Below are positions 51,933 to 63,921 of a DNA stretch of 63,921 bases, in pieces. The position numbers and the translations under genes are program-made. Position 1 is the first letter of the stretch, and each line of letters starts with the position of its first letter. This stretch comes from Gonapodya sp. JEL0774 (taxonomy: Eukaryota), in the NCBI GenBank assembly GCA_027604505.1, contig JADIIX010000072.1, forward strand, positions 1 through 63,921, given 5' to 3'. Below the pieces are notes generated by a model that was given only the letters and a program-made list of their open reading frames with translations, searched no databases and was not told where the DNA came from.

Positions 51933-54900
51933 TCAACCGGCGCTTGGCAAAGGCCTGAAGTGCGCGCACTTTTTCCACCAGGTCGGGCGCACCGCAGTTT
52001 GGGTTGGCGGGGAGGGCCATTCGAACGCGCACGTGGGTTCAAAAAGAATGCAGGATAGAGACTGTGAGTGTGCACCACCTGCCACTCGAATGATCGGTGC
52101 GAAAGTCCCAGTCCAGCCCACTCACCGTGAGGTCGTGACGGTGGTTTCCTTCTCGGATGATGTTCCAGTAGTCACTGAGACAGAGCCTGGCCAAAAATCA
52201 CAAAACACCGTAGCAGGTCAATGGCACTTGTTATCTACAGAACCCTCAAAAAAACTCGCCAACGTGCAAGCATTGTCCTGACGCACACTGCCAACGTGCA
52301 AGCATTGTCTGACGCACACCACACCACATCAGGATGGATCTCAATTTCTCACCAGCAAAACTCGAATCCACATCCACCGTAGACCTTGTAACACGTCATG
52401 TGATCACACCCTCTGAAGCACGAAACACGAAATGCGTCATATCAAGTGAGATATTTTACGGGTTTTCGCATGCCGAGGACAGGCAACCGGGTTCAGCGAT
52501 CAGCACGCGATCGCAAGCAATACTGAAAAGGTGAGCGCAAAAAGCTTTCAAAACACAGAGACCGTACCCGTCCTTCTCGATCCGCCGAGTGCACTGAGGG
52601 CACGCCTTGGTGTACCTTTTTCACAGGCACAGGAACGACCATCGCATTGGGTGTGGTCTGCACCGAAAGAGTTGAATATCAAAACTGCAGGGCCGGCTCA
52701 CGTTGTGAGGTACACGAGGCTCGCCGCGTCGTCCGCTCTGTTCGCACTCATCCGTCGGTCGTACTCGGAGCAGGTGGTTCCGCTTCCCACGGTCAACGAG
52801 GATAGCAAGGGTTCGAGTAAGGGCGTGGACGAAATCAGAAAAGATCAGAGCCCCTGCACACATTTGCCCCTCCGCGCGGGTGGTTCAAAGCTCTCCCCGG
52901 TTTGTTCACACAGACACCCGGTCCACTGGGCGATGGACGATCCTGCCTGTCACACGCACACCTCCACCATACCAAATACACCTACGTACGTATGCCACGC
53001 CACATCGTGGGTAAAGCACGCCATGCCTCCGCACTTCCCACACTTGACGATGGGCTTGTCGTGGCCCTCGTCGTGGTCTTGGCCGTTTCCACACCCGGCG
53101 ACTTTGCACCACCGGAAGTTGGGCACAGAGGAGAGGGCGGCGGTGAGGAGGTGCCGGTCGTACAGGAGGAAAGTAGTGGGGGAGGAGAGGCGGTGGACTA
53201 GAGGGAGAGTGGGGGGGTGGGGGGGCGGGGATAAAAAGTGATCCCTCTGTTTCGTACAGATCTCTCGGACCCCACGAGCACGAGCACCTGCCACATGTCG
53301 AGCAGACACAAATCACACCCCCGACTACTCACCGTCCTCGTACTCCATCACCGCGCCACACCCGGCTGCCGGACACGGCACCTCGGTGACGTTGGTCGTG
53401 TTCGTGTTGGAGGTGACGTGGTGGTCGATGTGGAGGCAGAGACATCGGGAACACGTGGCGGGCGGATGCTTTGAGAAGCGGTAGAACGAAAAGAAGAGGG
53501 AGAGATGAGAGCGAATAGGGTTGATCGGTTCGGTTCTGATCATGTGGGAAGAACCACGTCGGGGTGCGGTGCGATCGACGTACGTACGTACAGAGCATTT
53601 CGCGGTGACCGACTGGCTGGGGAAGGACGCTAACTGAACTCGGCAGATTTGCGATGCGGCGCGGTGCGCAGGGTGACGGTACGAGAAAGAACGTGCGAGG
53701 TGTGAAAAGAACCGATCCGGCACCCCCTCCGAACCGAACCGACGGGACGACGCCAACTTGATCAGTTTCGCCACACACAGCGCAATCCCAGGGGGGGTCT
53801 TGAGACTGGCGGGTGGTGGCGGTGGGTGGTGGACGAGAGTGGGAGTGGGAGGGTTCGTAGGTGGTGCCGGTTGAGCGGGGAACGGGATGACGTTGGCCGC
53901 TCTGACGAGGGGATCCGACAAAAACAAACCTCGGGCGGCGGGACAGTCATGCGTGTTGGTCCGGCGGACGTGGACGGACTGTCCATGGTTGTGAATGAGT
54001 GGTTTGTGGGCAGGATCAGTGTGTACAGAGGTGACGCGGCCCATAACAAGGATGTACTAGAAAGAACTACAAGCATATAAAAAACATCCCCCGAACACAA
54101 ATGAAGCGAAAATAATGAATAGAATGGAATGAATTCGAACACGTGTTTTGACTGTGCGAAAGAATTCAAGGTGGTGAGAACGTGCACGGGGTGGCAGGCT
54201 GGCAGCCTGGTACATGTGTACAACTGGTCGTTACACACTGCGTGACTGTCCACCTGCCCGCACCCACACCCCACACCCGGCACACCTTTCCCCGCCCCAC
54301 TTGGCCCTCAAGCAAAATTCCCTTGTTCTCCACATCGCATTTCCCCCGTCCCCACCCCACCTCACATCTCCAAGTGCCCCACACTCGCCCTCCTCTCCCA
54401 AAACACCGTATTCCCCTTCCCCTTCTCCCTGTCCCTGTCCCTGTCCCTGTCCCATTCCCATTCCCCGCTCTCCCCGCCGGCCACACCGCCGGCCACCCCG
54501 TCGTGACTCTTCCACACCCCGCGGCCACTTCCCCTTTCCGTCCCCGTCACCGTAGCAGTGGACGAGGACGAGCCAGAGGTGGCGGTTCCCGTGCCCGTGC
54601 CGGTGGGGGAGAGGGGGTACCCGACGGTGCGCCGTTGGGTTGTGGCGGCGGTGGGCGGGCGGGGGTGGGGGAAGGGGACCGTGGAGGTGGAGGTGGCGGA
54701 GGTGGGGGGAGAAGGAGAAGGTGACGGTGTGGTGGGGGCAGGGTGCGGGTATGGGTGCACCTGCACCTGTACCGGCGTCTCCACGTGCGGCTCGACCACC
54801 AAGGTCTCCCACGTGCCCCCGGTTCGCTCCGCTCGCACCTCTGGCAGCTCCCCATCGTCGTGCGCACGGTGGTCGTCTTCCTTCACCTTCCCAACCGCAC

Positions 54901-55936
54901 CAGCGAGCCCGCGCACGCTCTCGCTCGCGCTCCCGCCCATGTTCCCGACCGACGTGGACATTTTCGCTGCCGCGATCCGTCCCGCGAGCTTCTGTCTCAG
55001 ATCACGCACGCTGGCGGCTTTGGGAGCCGGGTCGATGGAGGAGAAGAGCGGGGGTGGGGGTTGGGGTTGAGAAGAGAGACTGGAGTGGGACAGGGACAGG
55101 TCATGGTGTGGTGTGGCGGTTCCTACGTTTGTGCCTGGTCCAGTGTGGGTGTGGGTGTGGGTGTGGAGAGAGCCGTGGGACGTGGAGTGTGGAGTGGCGG
55201 ACTCAACGACGGGGTCGAGGTGGCCGTCCTCGTTTTCGTCCTCCGAGCGGGGCAGGGGGTCCACCTGGCTCCCCGCAGTGGAAGCATCGTGTCCTGGTCC
55301 TGCTCCTGCTGCTCCACCCACTTCCGCCTCCATCAGGCCCACATTCCCACTGCCGCTCCTGGCCAGCCCCGAGACAGACCCGGACCCGGACCCGGACGCC
55401 TTTTCCACGGCCCTAGCCATGCGTGATGCCAGTTTTGTCCTCAAGTCGCGAACGGACCCGTGGCTCGGCGCGGGGTCCAGGGCGGCGAGACCGGTGTCGG
55501 ATGCGTAGGAAGTGGAGGTGGAGCGGTGGTAGGCAGAGGAAGAGTGGTTGGGTGAGGAGGTGTGTTTGGTGTGTGTATCTGAGGAAGGAGCGCGTGGCAG
55601 TGGTGCGAGGTCTGTGGAGGTGGAGGTGGAGGTGGAGCGTGCGGGTGCAGTTGATGCAGAGAACGAGTGAGAACGGGAGACGGGAGGGTGCCTGGCGCTG
55701 AGAGGGCGTCTGGAGTGTGCGGTGGGTTTGAGAGGAGGGAGGGAGGGAGAGGGAGAGGGAGAGGGAGTAAGGGGGGAGTGGATGGGATCAGGTGGTGCAG
55801 GTGGAGCGAGTACAGGGAGTACAGGGAGTACAGGGACAGGGACAGGGACAGGGAGTGGAGTGAGCGTGTGAATTGGCGCCACCTGGTTCTGTCTGGGTGG
55901 AGAAGGGGTGCGATGGGAAGAAGACGCGCACCCCAT
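51933..55936 (-). CDS. RBR (RING1-IBR-RING2) E3 ubiquitin ligase with a probable long N-terminal low-complexity exon
   Basis: DCAVC..TAKC..HPPATCSRCL..VPCPAAGC (RING1); FRWCKVAGCGNG..CGKC..CFTH..WH (IBR); TKACPQC..IEKD|GGCDHMTC..CGFEFC|WLCL (RING2, with catalytic Cys). Link to the 54362-55936 ORF is inferred. Confidence 0.8.
52258..52319. repeat. approximately 31-bp tandem duplication in an RBR intron
   Basis: GCCAACGTGCAAGCATTGTC(C)TGACGCACAC occurs twice. Confidence 0.9.
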
Positions 55937-57051
55937 CGGTTGAAATCTGTGAGAGGAGCCACGATCTGATCGGATCGGATTATCGAATGGGGATTCCCGG
56001 GATTGCAGAGTGAACGGGGTGCGGGGGTGGGAGGGGGGCGGGGGGGGGAAGGGGGATGGGAAGAATGCGAAGTTTGCTGATCTGGCACTGATCGGGTGCG
56101 AATCACGTGCTGGAGTCCCCCCACCCCCCCTTACGTATTTGAGGAAAGTAAAACTGAAATAAATGTCGCTTTGTTCCTTCTCTACTTTCGTCTGTATTGC
56201 AATTGCATTTCACATGTGCTGGTTCCATCCATCCAACGCTGTGTGCCTCAACCAAGTGTAATACCATACCACCCTCTGTTCCATGTCCTGTATGTCGCGG
56301 AGACCCAAGTTATGGATTTGTGGATCCATTCAGGATGAGTTCACGCTCCTTTTCAAATAACGACATATTTCTAGCCCTTTGTTGTTCCTCTGTTATAGAT
56401 CAATGAATGAGTCTTAGTCTGGAAACACCCCGCTGGAGTGCCTCATGTTCTGTGTTCCAACGCCATCTTCAATCCCCAGTCATGAATCGCTCACAGAATC
56501 GGGATACGGATACTCGTCTCAGACAGAGGTGGTACTTCTCGGTGTTTGCCAGTGTCTTCCCATCAGTGAATCACGTGCCAAGTGCTGTGGAGGCGCTGTG
56601 ATCAGGTTGCTTCCGACGAACCAAGTGACGCTCACGTTTCTGATTTCTGCGGTGAACATGCAAATCCCAGTGCTTGAATCCCATTGTATCTCGAATACAC
56701 CGCGCATTTCCGTCCTGATGCGAGCTACCCCTGTAACTCGACTCGGTCCAAGAATCTGTCACACCACGCGAACAACCCGCGCTTTTTCGTCTCCATTTTT
56801 TGTGGAATTTTTTTCTCCACGTTCCACGCTGGGCAAATTTATATCATTTTTTTTCAGAGACCGCATTGAACGGCCGGCCCGACGACCAAACTGAGTCGCG
56901 CTGGGTCGGTGGATCACGCGACCGTTGCAGTAGTGAGCTGGACGGGCCGGATCATTGTTCGACCTTCATTTAAATTACATCAACTCCCCATTTGCCCCCT
57001 CCCGCTCCCGCTCTCAAGCTCTTCACCGCGTTTTCTTACCGTCTGTCATCG

Positions 57052-60001
57052 ATGATGGCCGCCGACCTTCATTCGCTCTTCCCCCCTCCCGTTCCCGTGG
57101 CCAACGCCCACCTCCCCACTCCAGACCCGCTCCAGATTTTCCGCGCCTCCGAATTGCTTGGAATCCCCTTGTACGGCCCACACGGCATCGTCTCGGCCCG
57201 CCAAGCAGGAATATTCCCGTCCCCGCCGCTGTCCTCGTCCTCGTCCTCCTCCTCATCGGGCGAGTACAACCAGGCACCGGCGTCGCTTCCTTTGTTCCCG
57301 CCCGTACAGGCGCTCGAGAGGATAATCCTGGCCGCTAGTACGTTCAATGGGCAATGGCAGGTGAGCCTCACGTGGTTGGTCCCCCGGGGGGGGTCTGGTC
57401 GTCGGTTGTCGGCTTCAAAGGTGCAGCCGCTACCCGCGTGCCACCGTTTCAGAAATTCGATCCGCTCATACACCACCCCACCCCTCATCCCGGCCCTCTC
57501 AAAAGGCGTACGTAGACAGCTGCCGGGCGAACAGTGCCGACCCCGTCATCGAAACCCCTCTGGCAGCGCTCCAAGCCGCGCAGCTGCTCACCAAGCTCAA
57601 GGCGCCGCCCGCCGTGTCCCTCTTCGACCCCGATCCCGTGACGATCCCCTTTGACGAGCCACAGCCACTGCCACTGGGCGGACTCGTCGACTCCGATCTT
57701 GCGGGCGCGGACGCGGGCGGGGGCGGCGGCACGGGCACGGGCACGGGCGGGCACTTTGTCCTCACCAACCCACTCGACGCCGCGAACGAGATGTGGAGCC
57801 CGATATTGCAGGCCGTGGACCTGGAGGACCAGAGTGAGTTCGTGTTTTTGGTTGGACACACGGCGCATCTCCTACCCCCCCTTGGACCTTTGGACGGGGC
57901 TTTTTTTTTTTTTTTGGTTTGGTTTGGTTTGGTTTGTTTTTGGCGATGGTTGTGGTCGCCGGACGATGGCGTGGCGTTGCGTGGTCTGGAGAAAATCCAC
58001 CACCACCACCACCACCACCCGACGAGAGACCGTCTCTGTGCCCCGACCAAAACTAACCCTCCGCCTTCTCTCACCGACCCTCACCCCCGCGCGGGCAGAT
58101 ATGAACATGGACACGTTTCTGGACCCCGAAGCCGAAGAACCCCGATCGCCCGCACACACGGGTCGGCTGACCACGGTGAGTTCACCGGGCTGGGGGACGA
58201 CCACCGCCACAGGCACCCGTACACGCACACTGCCCCCCGGCGATGTATGCACCCACCAAACCATATCGCCCGTTCCCGCTTCTGATCCCGCTCCCTCCTC
58301 CGTCTTCCGTCTCTTTCCCATACGCCAATGCCAACCAAAACCCAACCCTACCTCAACCTCAACCTCAACCCCCCCGCCCACGCCGCTGCAGGCCCTCATC
58401 GCCTGCCAACTCTGCCAGACCCAGCTCTTGTGCACCCAAGTAGAGATCGACTGGGACCAAACACGGAACCTCGTGGTGTACGCCACCCGGGAGGGCCAGC
58501 CGCCCGTGGGAGCCACGGGGCAGTTCTGCAACTACATTAGCCACATGAAGGAGGTGCATGCGCTGGAAAAAGCCGAAGCCAACACGGACGAGGCGGCGGG
58601 TGAGGGAGGGGGAGAGGGTCCCGGTGCAGGTGCCGGTGCCGGTGGGGGTGGGGTGGTGTTCGCGTGTCCCGTGTGGCCGTGCGAGTTTACGGCGAGCTCG
58701 CCGCACAACATGCGCACGCATCGTGAGTACATATGGTGGGAGTGAGGGAAAGGGGGATATCGAGCGGGGCGGAAAGGAATTAGATCACAAAAGTTTTGCA
58801 CGCAGGGTGGTGTTTCGCGATTGCCCGTTCATTTGTGGTGTGGTGTGGTGTGGTGTGCTCCGTTTACACTCCATCCACCTCCCGCACGTCTTCCCGCTCT
58901 CCCGTTTCTCTCGTCAAATCTCACCTCTCCACCCCCTCTCCCGTCCGCCCCCTCGCACCAACCCCAGTTCTCTCCCTCATCCACCACTCGGGCTGGAACA
59001 AGCATTTATCCTGCATACGGTGCGGAAGCCTCATGCGGGACAAGGAATCCGCACTGAAACACTTCAGGAACGCGTGTGGGGTTGCGAGGCAAGGTGAGTC
59101 TGAGAGAGTTGCAATGGCGCCCGAGGCGGGCGTATGGGTGGGTGGGTGGCACTTCGTGGTGGATACGCTGCGCGGTTTGGTGGTTTCTCGTTCCGTCCCC
59201 TCACGCTCACATGGGTGGTGTTTTTTGTTGGTTTCTGTCAAGCTCCGATCGCCCCATCTGCGCCAAGACCAGTGCCAGGCTCGAGTGGGATATCAGACGC
59301 GCGAGGTATGTTTCGACTCCGATCGTGTGGAAAGGCGAGCACGGTGTGGGTGTGTCCGTCAAATGAGTTTTGCTCACACCCTATTTTGTTTTTATATCTC
59401 TTTTCGTCGTGCATCCGGTCTCCCAACCTCTCCCCGTCAACGTTAGGCCGCCGGAAGGTTTCTTTTTCGAGAAAGTTAAGGGCGGGGACCGTGTCGCCGT
59501 ATGCGCTCTCCAATGCATGTGAGTACGCGTGGGATAAATTGCCTCGAGCACGGTAGTTATTCACGATCATTTCGATTCCCTGAATTCTACTTCTTTCATT
59601 TCTATGTTCTTGTTGCTACTGTTGCGTCTGTCTTTGACTTAATTTCGTGTTCGCTCCCTCTCCAAGCATCTCCGTACGCCGCGCCCACCATGTACAGCGG
59701 TTCACCCAGCGACCTCGGCGACTCCCACTCTCTCTCCCACTCGGGGTTCTCAATCTCCACCCCCCGCACGGGCCTCTCGCCAAGCATGTGCTCGCTCGAA
59801 CTCTCTTCCTCCAGCCTGGACGGTTCCTACCGGACCTCGACCTCTGCGGGCACCAGCTCCGCAGCCGGAGGGTCGTTTCCAAAGTCCTCGGGCAACGTGT
59901 TCTTTGGTCGGGTCCAATCGTCCTTGTCGACGAGTATGAATCCGCAGGGGACGGGAGTGCAGGTGGACCGGGTGTACGCCTTGGGGAGGATTGCCGAGTG
60001 A
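57052..60001 (+). CDS. C2H2 zinc-finger protein (putative transcription factor), multi-exon
   Basis: CQLC...SHMKEVH, FACPVWPCEF..NMRTH..IH, LSCIRCG..ALKHFRNAC. Ser-rich last exon splices in frame to the stop at 60001. Confidence 0.7.
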
Positions 60002-60641
60002 TGGGTGGTTGCGCGTCGCCTTATTTTCCACACCCATCCATCCCACCCCACCCTTTGTAGATATGAATTCTAGGAACACACGGACATTGCCTTCTTTTCA
60101 AGTTTTTTTTTTGCATAATTAGAGCGATGATTGATTCACTTTGTGTATTGCATATTTATGACCATAGATACGATGGCTTTGCATATTTCGGAATACATAT
60201 AATTTTCTCAGTAGTGCGCTTCACAAAAATCAACAATGTGACCCCATTCAGCTCCAAATTGGGGAGTTATGTGTTGCGCAACACGAGATTGCACACAATT
60301 GCGCACGTAGCACTCTCGCAACAACACACAGGAAACGAAATTTGCATCCAAAAAGTAATGCCTCATGTATTTCAAAATATAGGGTAGTATGCGATATGCT
60401 GACTCAGAATAAATACGACGATGTCTACTTCAAAAGGTGTGCGATTGTTCGATTAAATAGAGAGTGTGAGTAAAAGTCCATAAGTCCGTGTTTGCCCCAA
60501 TATCCATATCCATGGGGGATGCATACCCCTCGCATTACTGGCTCCAATCGCCTGGTGGATGTCTCCCCGTCTGAACACATCGACCAAGCACCAAAACCGA
60601 CCACCTTCCGCCCAATCCTCTGCAGCCGTGTTTGTGACAGC

Positions 60642-63600
60642 CTATAGCCGTCTAGAAGTCGACCTTTCCGGGTAAGTGAGAAGTTCCCCTTGAGTGCTTT
60701 CAGGGGAAACGTCTTCGAAACACAGAAGTGGAAAGAAGCCAAAGCGAGCAGTGGTGACGTTGAGACCCTATTCAACAAACGCGTCACATGAAGAAACACC
60801 GGTGTTCTAAGCTCATGAACCAATCGTCAAATGATCACCGGGGTGTCTACTCACCCATCCCCACCCATCCGAGTACTCAACTCTCGGCGACACTGTGTCC
60901 CCTGCTCGAAGTTTCAACTCATCATCCAAGACCGGTTCGAACGAAACTGCCACATAAATTAAGGGTTCTGCTGGCTCTGATTCGAGTTGCAACACCAATT
61001 CGGCCAAGATCCGTTCTTGATCATTCAAATGCTGCTCGAGGAGGGCGTTGGAGGCCCGTAGTTCCGCAACCTTTGCGCAAGCTTTTTCCAGTTCCTCAAT
61101 TTTTGAGATCTCACGGCCAACCTCCTTCTGGAGTGAATCTCGTTGAGTTTGAAGTTCGGCATTTCGAGTTTGCAATTGAACGATGAGTGAATTGGATTCT
61201 TCCTGAGTCGAGGGTACAGTCGTCAACATCTATAGGTTTTCATGGACAGCGTGAAGATTCAGTAAACGCATGCAATGGATTCAAGTAAGCTCTCGCATTG
61301 AGCTCACAGTTGTTGACAATCCACGATTGCTCTCCTTCTCCAAGAGTGTGGTCCTTTTCGTCAGTGGATCCAACTGCTGGATAGTGACACGGCTTGTCTC
61401 GCGTCCACTGTCCATCGTGGGAAGACCGGGTGAGTATATGCGCTCTCCATTCCGTGTTTGAGTATGAGAATCAACGGTGAATCTTTCTTCGGTCAATATG
61501 ATCTCAGACTCAAGCGTTTTAATCGCTCGAGCTGAAAATGAAAGTAAGCTCTGATCACTCATCCTCGCATGATATCAAACATACCTTCAAGTCCCAACCT
61601 ATCCACGTTTTCAAATTCTCCACTGGTCAGAGGTGGAGGTCGACTCTGCTGCACTCCTTCTTGCCCTTGCGACGATTCCACCACCAGGACGTCTGATTTT
61701 CGAATGTGAATCGACGAGGTACTGCTGGTCATAATGTGATGGCGAGCTTCGACTGTGGCTTTGTCAGAAATAGTTGCTGAGAGTGCAAATGGTGGGATAC
61801 ATGCAGTGAGAGTTGCGTTCGGCCCATCAAAGCATCGATGCCACTCACTCTCCTCCGATTGCTCCCAAGGAAGATCCCATGTGTCTGCTTCTCCAGAACT
61901 TGCAGGGAATACCATAGGATCAGCAGGGATATTCCGAACCACACGAAGTTCAGCTAAGTACAAACAAGATTGGATCAGATGAAATAAAGATTGAACCCAG
62001 CTCTAAGTTGCTCACCTGTGCGAGTTGTACGGGAACTCCCATTCTCCTCAGATTCAACTCCAGTCGCGTGCACGAACGGTGATGTCCTCTCACTGCCGTT
62101 AGAATGGGCCTCAAATTCACCCACTGCACCCTCCACTGTTGTTCCGGTGCGAATCGAGCGGCGTATCACACGGCGAACAACCGTTGTCGTGATGACCTCT
62201 GGCTCTTCCTCCTCAACGATCTCTTCCTCTGTTGCAGCGGGTTCTCCCTCTTCGGTCACCTCCTCCTCAGCGAATAGTTCTGTGCGACCTACTTGATCGA
62301 GTTCAAACTTCCGCGCTGTCCATGCTGTCGCTTCCTCATAATTGCGTGCAGCGGCTTCCATCTCTCCCGTTTGGGGTGTATTTTGTGATGCAGGGGAGAA
62401 ATAGGCCTCCCGAGACCTTAATATCGGGTCATCGATCGATTTGGGTAATTCAGAAGCCAGTTCCGTGAGGGACAGTACAGATGCGGAAGGACGAATTGTT
62501 CTCCCTCGCTCCACACTCTCGGCTGGTAGGGCATATGCAACTTGTTCTCCCAGCTTGGCTTCGAAGTTCGAATGGTCTTGCTCACTTTGGACCTCAGAGT
62601 TACCAGAGAGAACGATCCACTGCACAGCAGACCCTGACACAAGTTCTGTCGTGGTCCTCTGGACTTGATCTTGAACCAATTCATCTTTCAACACTTGCCC
62701 TGCTGCCCGTTCCGAAACTCGAAGCACTCTCACTGTTACCGTTGTTGCATCCTCCAGCTCGTCTTCTTCCACCAGCTCTTCTTCAGTTGGCGATTCCGCC
62801 TTCATGATACGGTGGACCACCCTGCTCACTTCCGTTTTTGTCTGACTTCCCAACGAAGGCTCTTCCAGTGATCTCTCTGAGACTTCTTCGATCTCCTCCG
62901 CTTCTTCTTCCGTAACTTCGAGTTCGCGCACCTCCTCCACCACCTCAAATTCAACTTCATTTATTTCCTGAATTTCAAGTGAGCGTTCCTCTTCATCCAC
63001 AATTTCCTGGACTTCGATCTCCTCCATCGCCTCCACTTTGACCTCCCGAGTTACTTGTACATTAATCTCCTTCGTCTCCGTTTCAATAACTTCAAGCTCC
63101 TCAACTTCGATCTCATCCATTTCCTCAACCTCGAGTTCCTCAATAGCTTCCTCTTCAAGCTCCTGCACTTCGACCTCTTCCACGTCGTAGGAAAATTCCT
63201 CTTCTTCATCGAACTCCAATTCCTCTTCGACCTCGAATTCCTCCAATTCAAGAAGTTCCGGTTCAATAGCTCTTGCAACCGCCGGAGGTTCGGCTTTTAC
63301 GATCTCGATAACAGGTTGAGCAGGAGTGACAGATCTCGGAATCTGAGGTGTTTCTATCGGAATGTCGGGCATCATAACCGGTAGCTCCTCTTCTGGTTCC
63401 AAAACTTCCTCGACAGGTGGAGGAGCAGGCTCCACAGGGGGGGTGACTGGTCGTTCAGGTGTAATCGCTCGAGGAACTTGCGGAACTTCTTCGGGCAAGT
63501 CCGGCATCTCCACTGGCGCTTCTTCTTTCTGTTCCGGAACTTCCTCAATAGGTGGAGGAGCGGGGTCCACAGGGGGGGTGACTGGTCGATCGGGTGTGAT

Positions 63601-63921
63601 TGCCCTCGGAATCTGAGGGACTTCCTCCGGTACGTCCGGCATCTCCACCGGCACCTCTTCTTCCGGTTCCGGAACTTCCTCAATAGGTGGAGGAGCGGGC
63701 TCCACAGGGGGGGTTACTGGTCGTTCGGGTGTAATCGCCCTAGGAATTTGCGGAACTTCCTCAGGAATGTCGGGCATCTCCACCGGGACTTCTTCTTCCG
63801 GTTCCGGAACTTCCTCAATAGGTGGAGGAGCGGGCTCCACAGGGGGGGTTACCGGTCGTTCGGGTGTAATCGCCCTAGGAATTTGCGGAACTTCCTCAGG
63901 AATGTCGGGCATCTCCACCGG
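60642..63921 (-). CDS. 3' part of a large P/E/V-rich repeat protein with C-terminal coiled coil and SH3 domain
   Basis: 647-aa E/P-rich ORF, coiled coil LQTRNAELQTQRDSLQ, spliced SH3 YVAVSFEPVLDDELKL..DGWGW|GLNVTTARFGFFPLLCF. Stop at 60642. Confidence 0.8.
63330..63921 (-). repeat. 135-bp (45-aa) coding minisatellite, at least 4 copies, runs off the window
   Basis: GGCATCTCCAC anchors at 63503, 63638, 63773 and 63908. Unit is MPDIPEEVPQIPRAITPERPVTPPVEPAPPPIEEVPEPEEEVPVE. Confidence 0.95.

Noticed and set aside
59827..60051. Minus-strand AILPKAY as the end of the SH3 domain
   Set aside because: A closer exon (GLNVTTARFGFFP, stop at 60642) completes the SH3 domain. This region is the last exon of the + strand zinc-finger gene.

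Overview
Gene-dense, intron-rich (short GT-AG introns) eukaryotic DNA. Gene content (riboflavin synthase, tricalbin, RTC3-like, CCS1, kinesin-13, CMTR1-like cap methyltransferase) best fits an early-diverging, probably zoosporic fungus; this is an inference, not a database result. I assembled about 22 spliced genes by hand. Well-recognised: RPS8, RPL4, a PLAC8 protein, a dipeptidyl aminopeptidase, CCS1, an alpha/beta hydrolase, a peroxisomal SDR, kinesin-13, RIB5, tricalbin, an RBR E3 ligase and a C2H2 zinc-finger protein. Several genes are barely visible in the ORF track. The most unusual items are: a three-exon, membrane-anchored chagasin-family (I42) cysteine-protease inhibitor; a cap1-type 2'-O-methyltransferase; a kinesin-13 with RLD in place of KVD; a titin-PEVK-like SH3 protein; a repeat/hairpin element inside an RPL4 intron; a decayed TIR element; and an inverted pseudogenised copy of the SDR 5' end. 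No tRNA, rRNA or CRISPR array was seen. Spliced-gene coordinates span start to stop codon, including introns.
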